NCBI GenBank assembly: GCA_965223905.1
Contig: CBDCXV010000009.1
Coordinates: forward strand, 256,001 to 320,000
Origin: Candidatus Latescibacterota bacterium
Lineage (GTDB): Bacteria > Latescibacterota > UBA2968 > UBA8231
DNA length: 64,000 bases
Direction of reading: 5' to 3'
Shown here: positions 9,903 to 20,641 of the stretch, piece after piece
Numbering within the stretch: position 1 is the stretch's first letter
Layout: each line of letters begins with the position of its first letter
Program-made: the position numbers and the translations under genes
The notes under the pieces: model-generated
What the model saw: only the letters and a program-made list of their open reading frames with translations
The model's database searches: none
What the model was told of the DNA's origin: nothing

Positions 9903-10625
9903 GTGGAACGTCAGCAAATCGAAGTGCGCGGCATCTCCGTGGAGGTCGTCCGCAAGGATATCAAGAACCTCCATGTGGGGGTTTACCCCCCGGCGGGCCG
10001 GGTGCGGGTGGCTGCGCCGTTGCGTCTTGACGACGGCACCCTGCGGCTGGCGGTCATCTCACGCCTGGGATGGATTCGTCGGAGGCGGGCGGAGTTCGCG
10101 CAACAGGACCGCCAGTCCCAGCGGGAGATGGTGACCGGCGAGAGCCATTACTTCAGGGGCAGGCGCTACCGGCTCGACGTGATCGACCACGACGGCATGC
10201 CTCGCATTCGCCTGGTCAACAACACCAGAATGGAACTGCGCACACGTCCGGGCGATGACCGGGACGCCCGGGAGGCCGTGCTTCACCGGTGGTACCGCCG
10301 CCAGCTGCGAGGCGAATTGCCGCGGCTTCTGGACAAGTGGGAAAGGACGGTCGGCGTGACCGTGGACGAGGTGCGGATCAAGAGGATGAAAACCCGCTGG
10401 GGCTCCTGCAATGCCGATGCCCGGCGCATCTGGCTGAACCTCGAGCTGGCCAAGAAGCCGGCATCCTGCCTGGCGTACATCCTCGTGCATGAAATGGTCC
10501 ACCTGATCGAGCGCAGTCACAACGACCGGTTCCGGGACCTGATGGATCAATTCATGCCTCAGTGGCATCTGCACAGGGACGAGCTCAATCGCGCCCCGCT
10601 CGCTCACGAAGACTGGTTATACTGA
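9903..10625 (+). CDS. M48/YgjP-like zinc metallopeptidase (hsdR-associated)
   Basis: MKTRWGSC and YILVHEMVHLIERSH (HExxH); usual position after hsdR. Confidence 0.9.
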   Translation: MERQQIEVRGISVEVVRKDIKNLHVGVYPPAGRVRVAAPLRLDDGTLRLAVISRLGWIRRRRAEFAQQDRQSQREMVTGESHYFRGRRYRLDVIDHDGMPRIRLVNNTRMELRTRPGDDRDAREAVLHRWYRRQLRGELPRLLDKWERTVGVTVDEVRIKRMKTRWGSCNADARRIWLNLELAKKPASCLAYILVHEMVHLIERSHNDRFRDLMDQFMPQWHLHRDELNRAPLAHEDWLY

Positions 10626-10834
10626 AAAAGAAGGCTCATCGGGGTTGGTATGGGCCCGGGCAGCCTGTGTGAGAACCCGGTAGGATTTTTCCCGTCGGGA
10701 TTTCGTCGTATGGGAGGGGGTTCGTACCCCTGGGTTCAGTATCTTTTGGAAGAGTGGAAATAGCGGGTAAGGGACGAGAGGCAGCGCATACGTCAACAGC
10801 GTTTGCCCATCAGGACTTGGCAAGGAGGAAACCG

Positions 10835-11059
10835 ATGACCCGACTTCTTCAGGAAGCTTTCGAGCGAGTCTCCAAACTTTCGCAGGAAGAACAGAACAGG
10901 TTTGCGCGGTTCATGCTGGTGGCGCTGGAGTCGGACCAGCGATGGGCCGCGTTGTTTGCGCGACCCGAATCGGAGGATTTACTGGAGCGACTTGCCGATG
11001 AGACCCTGGCAGCCCACCGAGCTGGACAGACCCGGCCCGTCAAAATAGAAGATTTGTAG
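10835..11059 (+). CDS. Putative antitoxin
   Basis: RBS AAGGAGG, 74 aa, directly upstream of a RelE/ParE-like toxin. Confidence 0.7.
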   Translation: MTRLLQEAFERVSKLSQEEQNRFARFMLVALESDQRWAALFARPESEDLLERLADETLAAHRAGQTRPVKIEDL

Positions 11060-11061
11060 GT

Positions 11062-11331
11062 GTGCGTTCGTTCGCACAGACCAGCTTCTGGGTTTCATAC
11101 AGACGCCTCCCGGAACACGTTCGCCGGCAAGCTCGTGCATCCTGTCAGTTCTTCATATCAGATCCCCATCACCCGAGCCTGGATTTCAAGCGCGTGAGTC
11201 GACGGAGTCCAGTCTACTCCGTGAGGGTGAGCATTGACTATCGTGCCCCCGGCGTACTGGACGACGGCGATATTGTGTGGTTCTGGATTGGTCACCACCA
11301 GGAATACGACCGGCTACTCAAGCGGATGTAG
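11062..11331 (+). CDS. RelE/ParE-like toxin
   Basis: DPHHPSLDFKRV...YSVRVSIDYRA...WFWIGHHQEYDRL. Confidence 0.75.
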   Translation: MRSFAQTSFWVSYRRLPEHVRRQARASCQFFISDPHHPSLDFKRVSRRSPVYSVRVSIDYRAPGVLDDGDIVWFWIGHHQEYDRLLKRM

Positions 11332-11355
11332 GATGCTGTACGGGGCAATTGTGCC

Positions 11356-11440
11356 GCCACGCTGGAGCTCCCGCTGAAAAGACTCACGCCATCAAGCTGG
11401 GCATGATGCAGTAGCTTTCACCGGCTCGATGAGGCTGGCC
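11356..11440 (+). repeat. Degenerate copy of the hsdS 3' end
   Basis: gccatcaagctgggcatgatgcagtagctttcaccggc vs hsdS gccgtcaaacagggcatgatgcagcagcttcttaccggc. Confidence 0.8.
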
Positions 11441-11576
11441 CCACGGATTGCTTGCGCATTCCTCGGAGCCGGGATGAGCGAAGCTCGGGGACGGGATTTC
11501 GTGGAGAACCGGTAGATTTCCTCCTCCCCAGTTCTACCCCTGAACAAACCCACAAATCCCGCAAGAAAGGATCCAA

Positions 11577-12777
11577 ATGGCCCTGGAGAAATTCACCATC
11601 TCGCGGGACGACGGCGTGTACGAGTGCTTCCCGCACCTGTGCCTGACCCGGAGCGGCCGCATCCTCCTGGCGTACCGGGAGAGCAACGGCCACGTCGCCA
11701 GCGAGTTCTGCCGCCTCGTGCTTCGCCACAGCGACGACGCCGGGCGCACCTGGTCCGAACGCTTCGTGCTCCGCGACGAGGCTTACGAGAACGGCGTCCT
11801 GACCAAGTGGAACTGCCCGAAGATCCAGCAGCTGCGCGACGGCCGCGTCCTGCTTCTGTGCGACGCCATCGACTTCCCCCCCGGAGAGTGGAACGCCACC
11901 GCGGGCAACGCCCGCATCGTGCTCTGGTTCAGCAACGACGACGGGGCGTCCTGGTCGGAGGGGTTCGCAACCAGCGTCAACGGCATCTGCCCCGACGTCG
12001 TCACCGAGCTGGCGGACGGCACCTGGCTGCTGGCGGCCAACACCTACGCCGACGGCATGCGGCGCGTCGTTCAGAACATCTCGGCGAGCGCCGACCAGGG
12101 GCGGACCTGGGGACCTCCGCGCGACATCTGCCCCGACCCGGACTACCGCCTCGCCGAGGCCAGCGTCATCGCCTGCCCGGACGGCGAGCTGGTCGTCTAC
12201 CTGAGGGAGGAGTCGGGTAAGGGCCGGCCGCTGCAGAAGATGATTTCGAGGGACGGCGGCCGTTCCTGGGAAGGCCCGTTCGACACCCTCAACCCGGCCG
12301 CCCACGGCATGCCGGTCGCGGGTGTTACCCGGGACCGGCTGGTGCTGACCCTGGGCCGTTTCAGCCTGCGCTCGAGCTGGCGCGTCGACATGAGCGCGGA
12401 GACCGTGCGCCGGCGCCTGGAGACACGCACCATCGTCGTCCCCAACGTGCCCGAGAACGCCGCTTTCCGCAGCCGCCTGAAACCGGGGCCGGGCACCCGC
12501 ATCGACGACGACGAGATCGTCATCGCGGGGGGGCGGGACTCCTCCTCACACCTTCGCCTTCCTCGAACCATTGGCCAGCGCCCTCGAAGCGGACCTCGAC
12601 AGGCAGGACGGCCTGCTGCTCCCCCTGGACCACGACCGCAACAACATCAGCTGCGACAGCGGCTATACCGGCTGGGTCGAGTACGAGCGCGGCCGCTTCC
12701 TCGCCGCCAATTACATCAACGACGACGCCCCCATGGCCCAGATCCGGGGCTACCGCTTCGGAGTCGAGGATTTCTAA
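11577..12777 (+). CDS. Sialidase/BNR (Asp-box) beta-propeller protein, frameshifted at a G-run near 12527-12533
   Basis: Asp boxes SDDAGRTW, SNDDGASW, SADQGRTW, SRDGGRSW; the C-terminus with DSGY lies in ORF 12571-12777. Confidence 0.8.
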
Positions 12778-12778
12778 G

Positions 12779-15376
12779 GTGCCTTCGCGCCCAGGGTGGG
12801 GCGGGAAACCGCGTCAGGAGGGGATGCAGCCGCAGCCCGCGGGCAAGGCCCGGCAGGAACCGGCACCTTCCAGCCCGACAGGGAACCTGAAGCTCTACGC
12901 GACGGCCGCCGCACTGGGTCTGCTGGCCCTGCTGCTGTTCGTCCACCAGTACACGACCATGGCCCGGTTCGGCGTCTTTCCGCCGGGAATAACCTTTGGA
13001 ACACCTTCCAATTTCCTGTCGGAGAGTTTTAAACACATAGGATTCAGCTCCCTGGACTACTCGCTTCTCGCCGCGATAGCCTGCCTGTTTCTGGCGCTGG
13101 TGATCGCGGAATTCCGCGGCGGCTGCTTTTCCGCCCTTCTCCGGGCGGCCTTCACCAGCGAATTCCGGACGATCACACTCCTGACAATCTGCGGTATCGT
13201 GGCCGTTCGATTTTACCTCGGCTCAGGTGAGTTCCCCTGGGGGGGGGATCAGCAGCAGCACATTTGTTTCGCGCACATGGCCTCGCGCTCGATATCCGAG
13301 GGGGAGCTGCCGATCTGGACCAACTACCTCGGCGCGGGCACTCCATACCTGCAGTTTTACGGCTTCCTGTTCTTCTATTTCGTAGCGCTGATTGACCAGC
13401 TCTGGAACGACGTGTTCACGTCGCTGAAAGTCGCGATGGGGGTTCTGCACGCTGCTTCCGGTGTGGCTATGTACCTGCTGGCGCGAACCCTGACGCGCTC
13501 GCGGAAGGCGGGCTTCATCGCCGGCCTGGCCTACGTGCTGAGCTTCTGGCATACCCAGCAGATCATCATCATGGGCCGCTTCCCGCTGTCGCTGTTCTAC
13601 GCCCTGCTTCCCCTGCCCTTCTACTTCTTCGAGCGCATGTGGAGTCCTGGAATTACGAAGAATCGGGAAAGACTGGCGGACAGTCTGGCTGGCGGGATCT
13701 GCCTGGGAGCCCTGGTCCTGACCCATCCCGGTTACGGCTTCTGGGCGACCGTTCTGCTGGGGGTGTTCGTGGGCTTGCGGTTGTTGCTGAAGATTCCGTT
13801 CAGCGAGCGCCCTGGTCTGGTCGGATGGTCCGCGGTCCTCTTTGCTGGCGGCTTGATCTTCGGGGGGTACCTGACCCTGCCGATGTGGCTCGAGCGGGAG
13901 CATACCGCACTCTACCGGGGTATGCTGGATCTCTCGGGGATCCCCCTCCCGACGTGGCAGCAGGTGCTGTCCTGGTCGAACTACCGTTTCTGGGTGCTGC
14001 CGCCACCCGATCTGCACCTCAACTGGTACGGCGGATATCTCGGACTGTCGCTCGCAGGTGTCGTCGCCTCCGGCATGGCCACCGCTCTCGGCAGCCGCTC
14101 TCGAGAGCTGATCCTCCGGTCTTTGCCCGCCCTCTGCTGTCTGGCGTTGACGGTCCTCCTCGTATTCGGATACCGATGGTCGCCGTTTCAGTCCCTTCCC
14201 ATCGTGAAGATGATGGGAGCCGGCCGCTACCTGCTGTTCACCGTCTTCTTTCTCGCCCTTGCCGCGGGCCCGGCGGTTCAAGCGCTGATGATCCTTCTGC
14301 GGCCCAGGCGCTGGAGGGTTCCGGCTTCGACGCTGATTTTGTTCGTCATTGTAATTGATTTGGGCCCGGCGACGTTTCAGCAGTCGTACTCGAGACATCC
14401 ATCATACATCGATCCCGAAGTCGACGTTTGGGGGATCCCGTTGGAACTGTACAAGCCTCTGCGCGCTCGCGCAGACTCCATGGACCATATTGGAGAGCTG
14501 CCGGGTTACCGGGTGTTCTGGAGCAGCCCGGAGCACAGCTTTTTTCAAAAAGGTCAACTTTATTTCCATTCGAGGACGCCGATCCCAGAGGCGTTTCATC
14601 CGGGAAAGGTGAAAGCGGTCGCTACTTTCGTTGACCCGGTTGCTCGATACTTGTCGATAATGTTGGACCGGACTATAAGGGAGAAAATAGATCAGGAGGG
14701 CTATCCTGAAAGGTTTTTAAGTACCGATCGCCAAGTTGTCCGTTCTTCGCTCGCTATGCTGAATGTTAAATATCTCATCTTGTCTGATCCAGATGGACAA
14801 AGGACCCTAACTAACTTGGGAACTATAGGTCCGGTGCTAGTATCTCCCACAATTGTTCCCTTTCCCACACACGTCGAGACTGACTCGTTGGCTGTACGAA
14901 TAGGCGAGTTCGTGAGATCTAAGGAAATTGACGTCGATATCAAGGAGTTGACGGAACTTTACCGGACCCGATTTCTGGTTTTGAGCATGGGAATGGACCC
15001 GCAGTCCCGGGTGCGTGAGCGGATCTACGTTCTCGATGGAGGTGGCCGGTGGCTGGGCACGAATCCGGAGGTCGAGGTCTTCGAGCACATGGTGCGCACA
15101 CAGCGGGTCGACCTGAAGCTGCGGGTCAGCGAGGCCTGCTTCGCGCGCTTGGCCTACTCCTACTTCCCTTATCTGCGGGTCACCGTCGATGGCAGGGAGG
15201 TCGCCCCCATGCCCACCGCGGGGGGGTTCATGGCGGTGCATCTCGAGGCCGGCGAGCACGACCTGACCCTGGAGGCGGAGCTGTCGCCGCTGCGCCGGGG
15301 CCTTCTCGCGGTCAACCTGTTCTACCTGGGGGCAACGGCGTACATGTTCGCGAGCAACCGTCGGAGGAAGCGATGA
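12779..15376 (+). CDS. GT-C-type (PTPS-related/YfhO-like) membrane glycosyltransferase, paralog 1
   Basis: Multi-TM; GGDQQQH...WTNYLGAGTPYLQFYG motif; YfhO-like C-terminal AYSYFPYLRVTVDG...GEHDLTL. Confidence 0.7.
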   Translation: MPSRPGWGGKPRQEGMQPQPAGKARQEPAPSSPTGNLKLYATAAALGLLALLLFVHQYTTMARFGVFPPGITFGTPSNFLSESFKHIGFSSLDYSLLAAIACLFLALVIAEFRGGCFSALLRAAFTSEFRTITLLTICGIVAVRFYLGSGEFPWGGDQQQHICFAHMASRSISEGELPIWTNYLGAGTPYLQFYGFLFFYFVALIDQLWNDVFTSLKVAMGVLHAASGVAMYLLARTLTRSRKAGFIAGLAYVLSFWHTQQIIIMGRFPLSLFYALLPLPFYFFERMWSPGITKNRERLADSLAGGICLGALVLTHPGYGFWATVLLGVFVGLRLLLKIPFSERPGLVGWSAVLFAGGLIFGGYLTLPMWLEREHTALYRGMLDLSGIPLPTWQQVLSWSNYRFWVLPPPDLHLNWYGGYLGLSLAGVVASGMATALGSRSRELILRSLPALCCLALTVLLVFGYRWSPFQSLPIVKMMGAGRYLLFTVFFLALAAGPAVQALMILLRPRRWRVPASTLILFVIVIDLGPATFQQSYSRHPSYIDPEVDVWGIPLELYKPLRARADSMDHIGELPGYRVFWSSPEHSFFQKGQLYFHSRTPIPEAFHPGKVKAVATFVDPVARYLSIMLDRTIREKIDQEGYPERFLSTDRQVVRSSLAMLNVKYLILSDPDGQRTLTNLGTIGPVLVSPTIVPFPTHVETDSLAVRIGEFVRSKEIDVDIKELTELYRTRFLVLSMGMDPQSRVRERIYVLDGGGRWLGTNPEVEVFEHMVRTQRVDLKLRVSEACFARLAYSYFPYLRVTVDGREVAPMPTAGGFMAVHLEAGEHDLTLEAELSPLRRGLLAVNLFYLGATAYMFASNRRRKR

Positions 15377-15454
15377 CCTTCATGCCTGTCCCGAGGCAGA
15401 AGTGCGTTTGATCCGGACCTGATCGGCAAACGCTTCTCAGTCGAGGATTTCAAA

Positions 15455-18064
15455 GTGCCTTCGCGCGCCAGGCGGAAGAAGAAACCGCCCAGGGAGGGGA
15501 TGCAGCCCCGCCCGGATTCAGGGCAGGCGCGGCAGGAGCCGGTACCTGCCGTCCCGACGGAAACCCGGAAGCTCTACGCCGCAGCCGCCGCACTGGGGCT
15601 GCTGGCCCTGCTGCTGTTCGTCCACCAGTACACGACCATGGCGCGGTTCGGGGTCCTCCCGCCGGGCCAGCGGTTCCTGAGCTATTCAGATTTCCTGGTA
15701 ATTGCCTTCGGGAAAATCCAGTTCGGTCCGCTGGACTACCTGCTGCTCGCCGCGATTGCCGGCCTCTTCCTTTCGCTGGTGATCGCCGAATATCGAGGCG
15801 GCCTCCTGAGCGCACTGCTGCGCAGGGTGTTCACCAGCGAAGGCTGGACGATCGGTCTGCTCGCAGCGGGTGGTCTCGTCGCGGTCCGGTTTTACCTCGG
15901 CGTCGGTGACTTCCCGTGGGGGGGAGATCAGCCGCAACACATCTGCTTCGCGCAGATGGCCTCCCGCTCGCTATCCGAGGGTGAGCTGCCGATCTGGACG
16001 AACTACCTCGGCGCGGGCACGCCGCACCTGCAGTTCTACGGCTTCCTGTTCTTCTATTTCGCAGGGCTGATCGACCAGCTCTGGAACGACGTGTTCACGT
16101 CGCTGAAGGTCGCGATGGCGGTTCTGCATGTCGCTTCCGGAGTGGCGATGTACCTGCTGGCCCGCACCCTGACGCGCTCGCGGAGAGCCGGCTTCATCGC
16201 CGCCCTGGCTTACGTGCTGAGCTTCTGGCATACCCAGCAGATCATCATCATGGGCCGCTTTCCCCTGTCCCTTTTCTACGCCCTGCTCCCCCTGCCGTTC
16301 TACTTCTTCGAGCGGCTGTCGAGTCCCCGCCTCGCGGAAAATCGGGTCAGGCTGGCGAGCAGTCTGGCGGGGGGGATCTGCCTCGGCGCCTTGGCCCTGA
16401 CCCACCCGGGCTACGCTTTCTGGGCAACCGTCCTGCTGGGGGTGTACGTGGGATTGCGGCTGATGATCCTGCTGCGCGCGGATCGCAGCCGGACCGACCT
16501 GGTCTGGTGGTCCGCGCTCCTCTTCGCCGGAGGCTTGGTCTTCGGGGCGTACCTGATCCTGCCGATGTCGCTCGAGCGCGACTATACCGGGCTCTACCTC
16601 GGCATGATGGATTTCGCGAAGGTGCCGATCCCGACATGGCAGCACGTGCTGGCCTGGTCCAACTACCGCTTCTGGGTGCTTCCGCCGCCCGACCTCAAAG
16701 TCAACTGGTACGGCGGATATCTCGGACTGTCGCTGGTAATCGTCGTGGCCGGCGGAGTCGCGGCGGCCCTGCGCAGCCGCTCCCGCGAGCTGATCCTCCG
16801 GTCCCTTCCGGCGCTGTGCTGTCTGGGGTTGACGGCCCTCCTCGTCTTCGGGTACCTGTTGCCCCCGCTCCAGGCTCTTCCGGTGGTAAAGATGCTGGCC
16901 GCGGGCCGCTACCTGTTGTTCACCGTCTTCTTTCTGGCCCTTGCCGTCGGCCCGGCGTCGCAGGCGCTGATGATCCTTCTTCGGCGCAGGCGCCGGCGAG
17001 TCCCGGTGCCGACGCTGATACTGCTCGCCATGGCAATCGACCTCGGGCCGGCTACGTTCCAGCAGATGTACAATACACGGGATCCGGCACCCAACATGTT
17101 CCCGCAACTCCGCGCGCAGGCCGACTCCCTGAATGCGCAAGGGAAGCTGCCGAATCACCGGGTCCTCTGGAGCGGCTCCAGCCACAGCAAGTACTGGCTG
17201 AAAGGCAAGCTGTATTTCGAATCGCGGACCTCGAGCCCGGGTTCGTTTCATCCCGGGAGAGCGAGGGCGGTCGTCGACTTCGTGGAACCGATCGACCTCT
17301 ACGTGTCGAAGCTGGTCGAGACGGGGTATTTCGCGATCGACAACAGCGGCAATACCGGCCTGCAGGAGGGGGTACCCGAAACGATTTTCGGCCGCAGCCA
17401 CGGGGAGATCATCCTCGCCGGCCTGAGCATGATGGATGTCAGGTATCTCATTCTGTCAAATCTCGATGAACAGATGAGGATCAGCGACATGAGCGACTTC
17501 GGTACCCATGGCCCAGTGCTCGTATCTCCGAGGGTCGTGCCGTTTCCCGCCGAACAGCTCGACCAACTCATCGCCAGCGGCGAACCATTCGAGACCATGG
17601 ACTCCAAGGGGGTCGACGCCGGTTTCACCCAGATGCTCATCGATTCCTACCACTCCCTTTTTCTGGCTGTTAACACCGGGGTCGATCTGAACAGCCGTGT
17701 GTGCGAGCGGATCTTCGTGCTCGACGCCGAGGGGCAAGAGCTGGGCACGAACCCGTCCCTCGAGGTTCTCGAGCACACGGTGCGCATGCAGCGAGTGGAC
17801 CTGAAGCTGCGGGTCAGCGAGGCCTGCTTCGCGCGCCTGGCGTACTCCTGTTTCCCGCATCTGCGGGTAACCGTCGACGACCGCGAGGTCGTCCCCCTGC
17901 GCACCGCGGGCGGGTTCATGGCGGTGCATTTCGTGGCGGGGGAGCACGAGCTGACCCTGGAGGCGGAGCTGTCGCCGCTGCGGCGGGGCCTGCTCGCCGT
18001 CAACCTGCTCTACCTTGCGGCAACGGCGTACCTGTTCGCAAGCAGCCGTAGAAGGAAGCGATGA
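15455..18064 (+). CDS. GT-C-type membrane glycosyltransferase, paralog 2
   Basis: Same architecture and long near-identical blocks as paralog 1. Confidence 0.7.
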   Translation: MPSRARRKKKPPREGMQPRPDSGQARQEPVPAVPTETRKLYAAAAALGLLALLLFVHQYTTMARFGVLPPGQRFLSYSDFLVIAFGKIQFGPLDYLLLAAIAGLFLSLVIAEYRGGLLSALLRRVFTSEGWTIGLLAAGGLVAVRFYLGVGDFPWGGDQPQHICFAQMASRSLSEGELPIWTNYLGAGTPHLQFYGFLFFYFAGLIDQLWNDVFTSLKVAMAVLHVASGVAMYLLARTLTRSRRAGFIAALAYVLSFWHTQQIIIMGRFPLSLFYALLPLPFYFFERLSSPRLAENRVRLASSLAGGICLGALALTHPGYAFWATVLLGVYVGLRLMILLRADRSRTDLVWWSALLFAGGLVFGAYLILPMSLERDYTGLYLGMMDFAKVPIPTWQHVLAWSNYRFWVLPPPDLKVNWYGGYLGLSLVIVVAGGVAAALRSRSRELILRSLPALCCLGLTALLVFGYLLPPLQALPVVKMLAAGRYLLFTVFFLALAVGPASQALMILLRRRRRRVPVPTLILLAMAIDLGPATFQQMYNTRDPAPNMFPQLRAQADSLNAQGKLPNHRVLWSGSSHSKYWLKGKLYFESRTSSPGSFHPGRARAVVDFVEPIDLYVSKLVETGYFAIDNSGNTGLQEGVPETIFGRSHGEIILAGLSMMDVRYLILSNLDEQMRISDMSDFGTHGPVLVSPRVVPFPAEQLDQLIASGEPFETMDSKGVDAGFTQMLIDSYHSLFLAVNTGVDLNSRVCERIFVLDAEGQELGTNPSLEVLEHTVRMQRVDLKLRVSEACFARLAYSCFPHLRVTVDDREVVPLRTAGGFMAVHFVAGEHELTLEAELSPLRRGLLAVNLLYLAATAYLFASSRRRKR

Positions 18065-18166
18065 CTTGGGTCAAGACACCAAGGGCAGAACAAACTCCCT
18101 CCTTTTCGGCAAAACGGTTCGGGGTCGATGGCTTTTCAATTGTGTGATGGAACACGGACCGGTTTG

Positions 18167-20641
18167 ATGCTCAATCGAAAATCGCTTTTTGCAACCGCAG
18201 CCTTGGGGATGCTGGCAGTTCTGCTGTACGTCCATCAGTACACGACCATGGCGCGGTTCGGCGTCTTTCCACCTGCCCGACGCTACAGAACCGTTTCGAG
18301 TTTCCTGTTGCAGGTTTTCGAGCACATCGAATTCACACTGCTCGACTACGCCTTGCTCACGGGGATAGCCGGCCTCTTCCTGGCGTTGCTGATCTCCGAA
18401 TTCCGGTACGGCTGCCTCACCGCCCTGCTGCGCGCTTTTTTCACCGGCGAACGCTTGACGATCGCCCTTCTCGCCATTGCCAGTCTCGTTGCGGTGAGGC
18501 ATTACCTCGGCCTCGGCAACTTCTCCTGGGGAGGCGACCAGCCGCAGCACATATGCTTCGCGCACATGGCCTCCCGTTCGATTGCCGAGGGAGAGCTGCC
18601 GATCTGGACGAACTACCTCGGCGCGGGCACGCCGTACCTCCAGTTCTATGGCTTCCTGTTTTTCTACCTGACCGGGCTCGTCGATCAGCTCCTGAACGAC
18701 ATTTTCTCCTCGTTGAAAGCTGTGATGGCTGTTCTGCACGTAGCCTCGGGGTTGGCTATGTACCTGCTCGCGCGCACCGTGACCGGCTCGCGGAAGGCGG
18801 GTTTCATCGCCGGCCTGGCCTACGTGCTGAGCTTCTGGCATACCCAGCAGATCATTATCATGGGCCGCTTCCCGTTGTCGCTCTTCTGGGCCCTGCTGCC
18901 CCTGCCATTCTACTTCTTCGAGCGCCTGTCGAGCCCTTGTCTCGCCGGGAATCAGGCAAGACTGGCCAGCAGTCTGGCGGGGGGGATCTGTCTGGGGGCC
19001 TTGGCCCTGACTCACCCCGGCTACGGCTTCTGGGTGACCGTCCTGTTCGGGCTGTATGCCGGCTTGCGGTTGTGGCTGAATATCCCGGCCAGCGAACGCC
19101 CCGGTCTGGCGGGATGGTCTGCGGTCCTCTTTTCCGGCGGCCTGGTCTTCGGGGGGTTCCTGACTCTGCCGATGTGGCTGGAGCGCGAGTATACGGGGCT
19201 GCACAGCAGCCTGGTGAACCTCTCTTCGATTCCCGTCCCTACGTGGCGGCACGTGCTGGCGTGGTCGAACTACCGCTTCTGGGCCCTTCCGCTGCCCGAC
19301 CTCGACTTCAATTGGTACGGCGGGTACCTCGGCCTGTCGCTGGTAATTGTCGTGGCGGGCGCAGCGGTTGTCGTACTGGGCAGCCGCTCCCGTGTGCTGA
19401 TCCTCAGGTCTTTGCCCGCCGTCTGTTGTCTTGCGTTGACGGTCCTCCTCGTTTTCGGATACCGGTGGTCGCCGTTGCAGTCCCTTCCCATCGTGAAGAT
19501 GATGGGAGCCGGCCGTTACCTGCTGTTCACGGTCTTCTTTCTCGCCCTTGCCGCGGGCCCGGCGGCCCAGGCGCTGATGGTCCTTCTCCGGCGCCGGCGC
19601 TGGAGGGTTCCCGTTTCGACCCTGATTCTGTGCGTCATCGCAGTCGACCTCGGGCCGACGACATTCCAACAGATGTACGTGACGCGAGATCAGCAAGCCA
19701 TGTTTCCGCAACTCCGCGAGTACTCCAGCTCCTTCGATGCGCAAGGAAAGCTGCCGAATCACCGGTTCCTCTGGACCGGAACCGGGCACAGTGGCTGGCG
19801 GAAAGGGAAGCTGTATTTCGAATCGCGAACTCCGAGCCCGGACACCTTTCATCCGGGAAGGGTCAGAGCCGCATCCGATTTTTTATCGCCGTTCGCCGAT
19901 TACTTTTCCGCGGTGTTGCACGAAATGCTCGGAGGGGGAACAAATGAGGAAGCTGACTTTCCTGGTACAGTCAGCGGCATCGACCATACGGAACTCGTCC
20001 GATCCGCGCTCTGCATGCTCGATATTAAATACCTCATGGTATCCGATTCTGATGGACAAACGGCCCTGAGTGACCTTGGGAATGAAGGTCCGGTACTCGT
20101 GTCTCCAACGATAATGGCCTTTCCCACTGAACGCCTCAATCGAATCGTCGCCTCAGGCGAACCAGCCGATTTCCTGAAAGCAGAGGGAGTAGACTCGACC
20201 TTTGCGGGAGTTCTCGTCGATTCGTACCCCACCCTGTTCCTTGTTGCGAACACCGGGGTAAACCCCATAACCCGGGTTTGCGAGCGGATCTTCGTGGTCG
20301 ACGCCGAGGGCCGGGAGCTGGGCACGAACCCGGAGGTCGAAGTCCTCGAGCACACGGTGCGCATGCAGCGGGTCGACATGAAGCTGCGGGTCACCGAGGC
20401 CTGCTTCGCCCGCCTGGCATACTCCTTCTTCCCCCATCTGCGCGTCGCCGTCGACGGCCGCGAGGTCGCCCCTCTGCGCACCGCCGGCGGGTTCATGGCG
20501 GTGCATCTCGAGGCGGGTGAGCACGACGTGACCCTTGAGGCGGAGCTGTCGCCGCTGCGGCGCGTCCTGCTCGCCGTCAACCTGCTCTACCTGACGGCAA
20601 CGGCGTACCTGTTCGTCGGCAACAGGCGAAGGAAGCGATGA
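18167..20641 (+). CDS. GT-C-type membrane glycosyltransferase, paralog 3
   Basis: Same motifs; start MLNRK aligns with MFNRK of paralog 4. Confidence 0.7.
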   Translation: MLNRKSLFATAALGMLAVLLYVHQYTTMARFGVFPPARRYRTVSSFLLQVFEHIEFTLLDYALLTGIAGLFLALLISEFRYGCLTALLRAFFTGERLTIALLAIASLVAVRHYLGLGNFSWGGDQPQHICFAHMASRSIAEGELPIWTNYLGAGTPYLQFYGFLFFYLTGLVDQLLNDIFSSLKAVMAVLHVASGLAMYLLARTVTGSRKAGFIAGLAYVLSFWHTQQIIIMGRFPLSLFWALLPLPFYFFERLSSPCLAGNQARLASSLAGGICLGALALTHPGYGFWVTVLFGLYAGLRLWLNIPASERPGLAGWSAVLFSGGLVFGGFLTLPMWLEREYTGLHSSLVNLSSIPVPTWRHVLAWSNYRFWALPLPDLDFNWYGGYLGLSLVIVVAGAAVVVLGSRSRVLILRSLPAVCCLALTVLLVFGYRWSPLQSLPIVKMMGAGRYLLFTVFFLALAAGPAAQALMVLLRRRRWRVPVSTLILCVIAVDLGPTTFQQMYVTRDQQAMFPQLREYSSSFDAQGKLPNHRFLWTGTGHSGWRKGKLYFESRTPSPDTFHPGRVRAASDFLSPFADYFSAVLHEMLGGGTNEEADFPGTVSGIDHTELVRSALCMLDIKYLMVSDSDGQTALSDLGNEGPVLVSPTIMAFPTERLNRIVASGEPADFLKAEGVDSTFAGVLVDSYPTLFLVANTGVNPITRVCERIFVVDAEGRELGTNPEVEVLEHTVRMQRVDMKLRVTEACFARLAYSFFPHLRVAVDGREVAPLRTAGGFMAVHLEAGEHDVTLEAELSPLRRVLLAVNLLYLTATAYLFVGNRRRKR

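Noticed and set aside
831-11440. hsdS shufflon (invertible phase-variable type I system)
   Set aside because: Remnants are direct, lack TRDs, and no site-specific recombinase gene is present.
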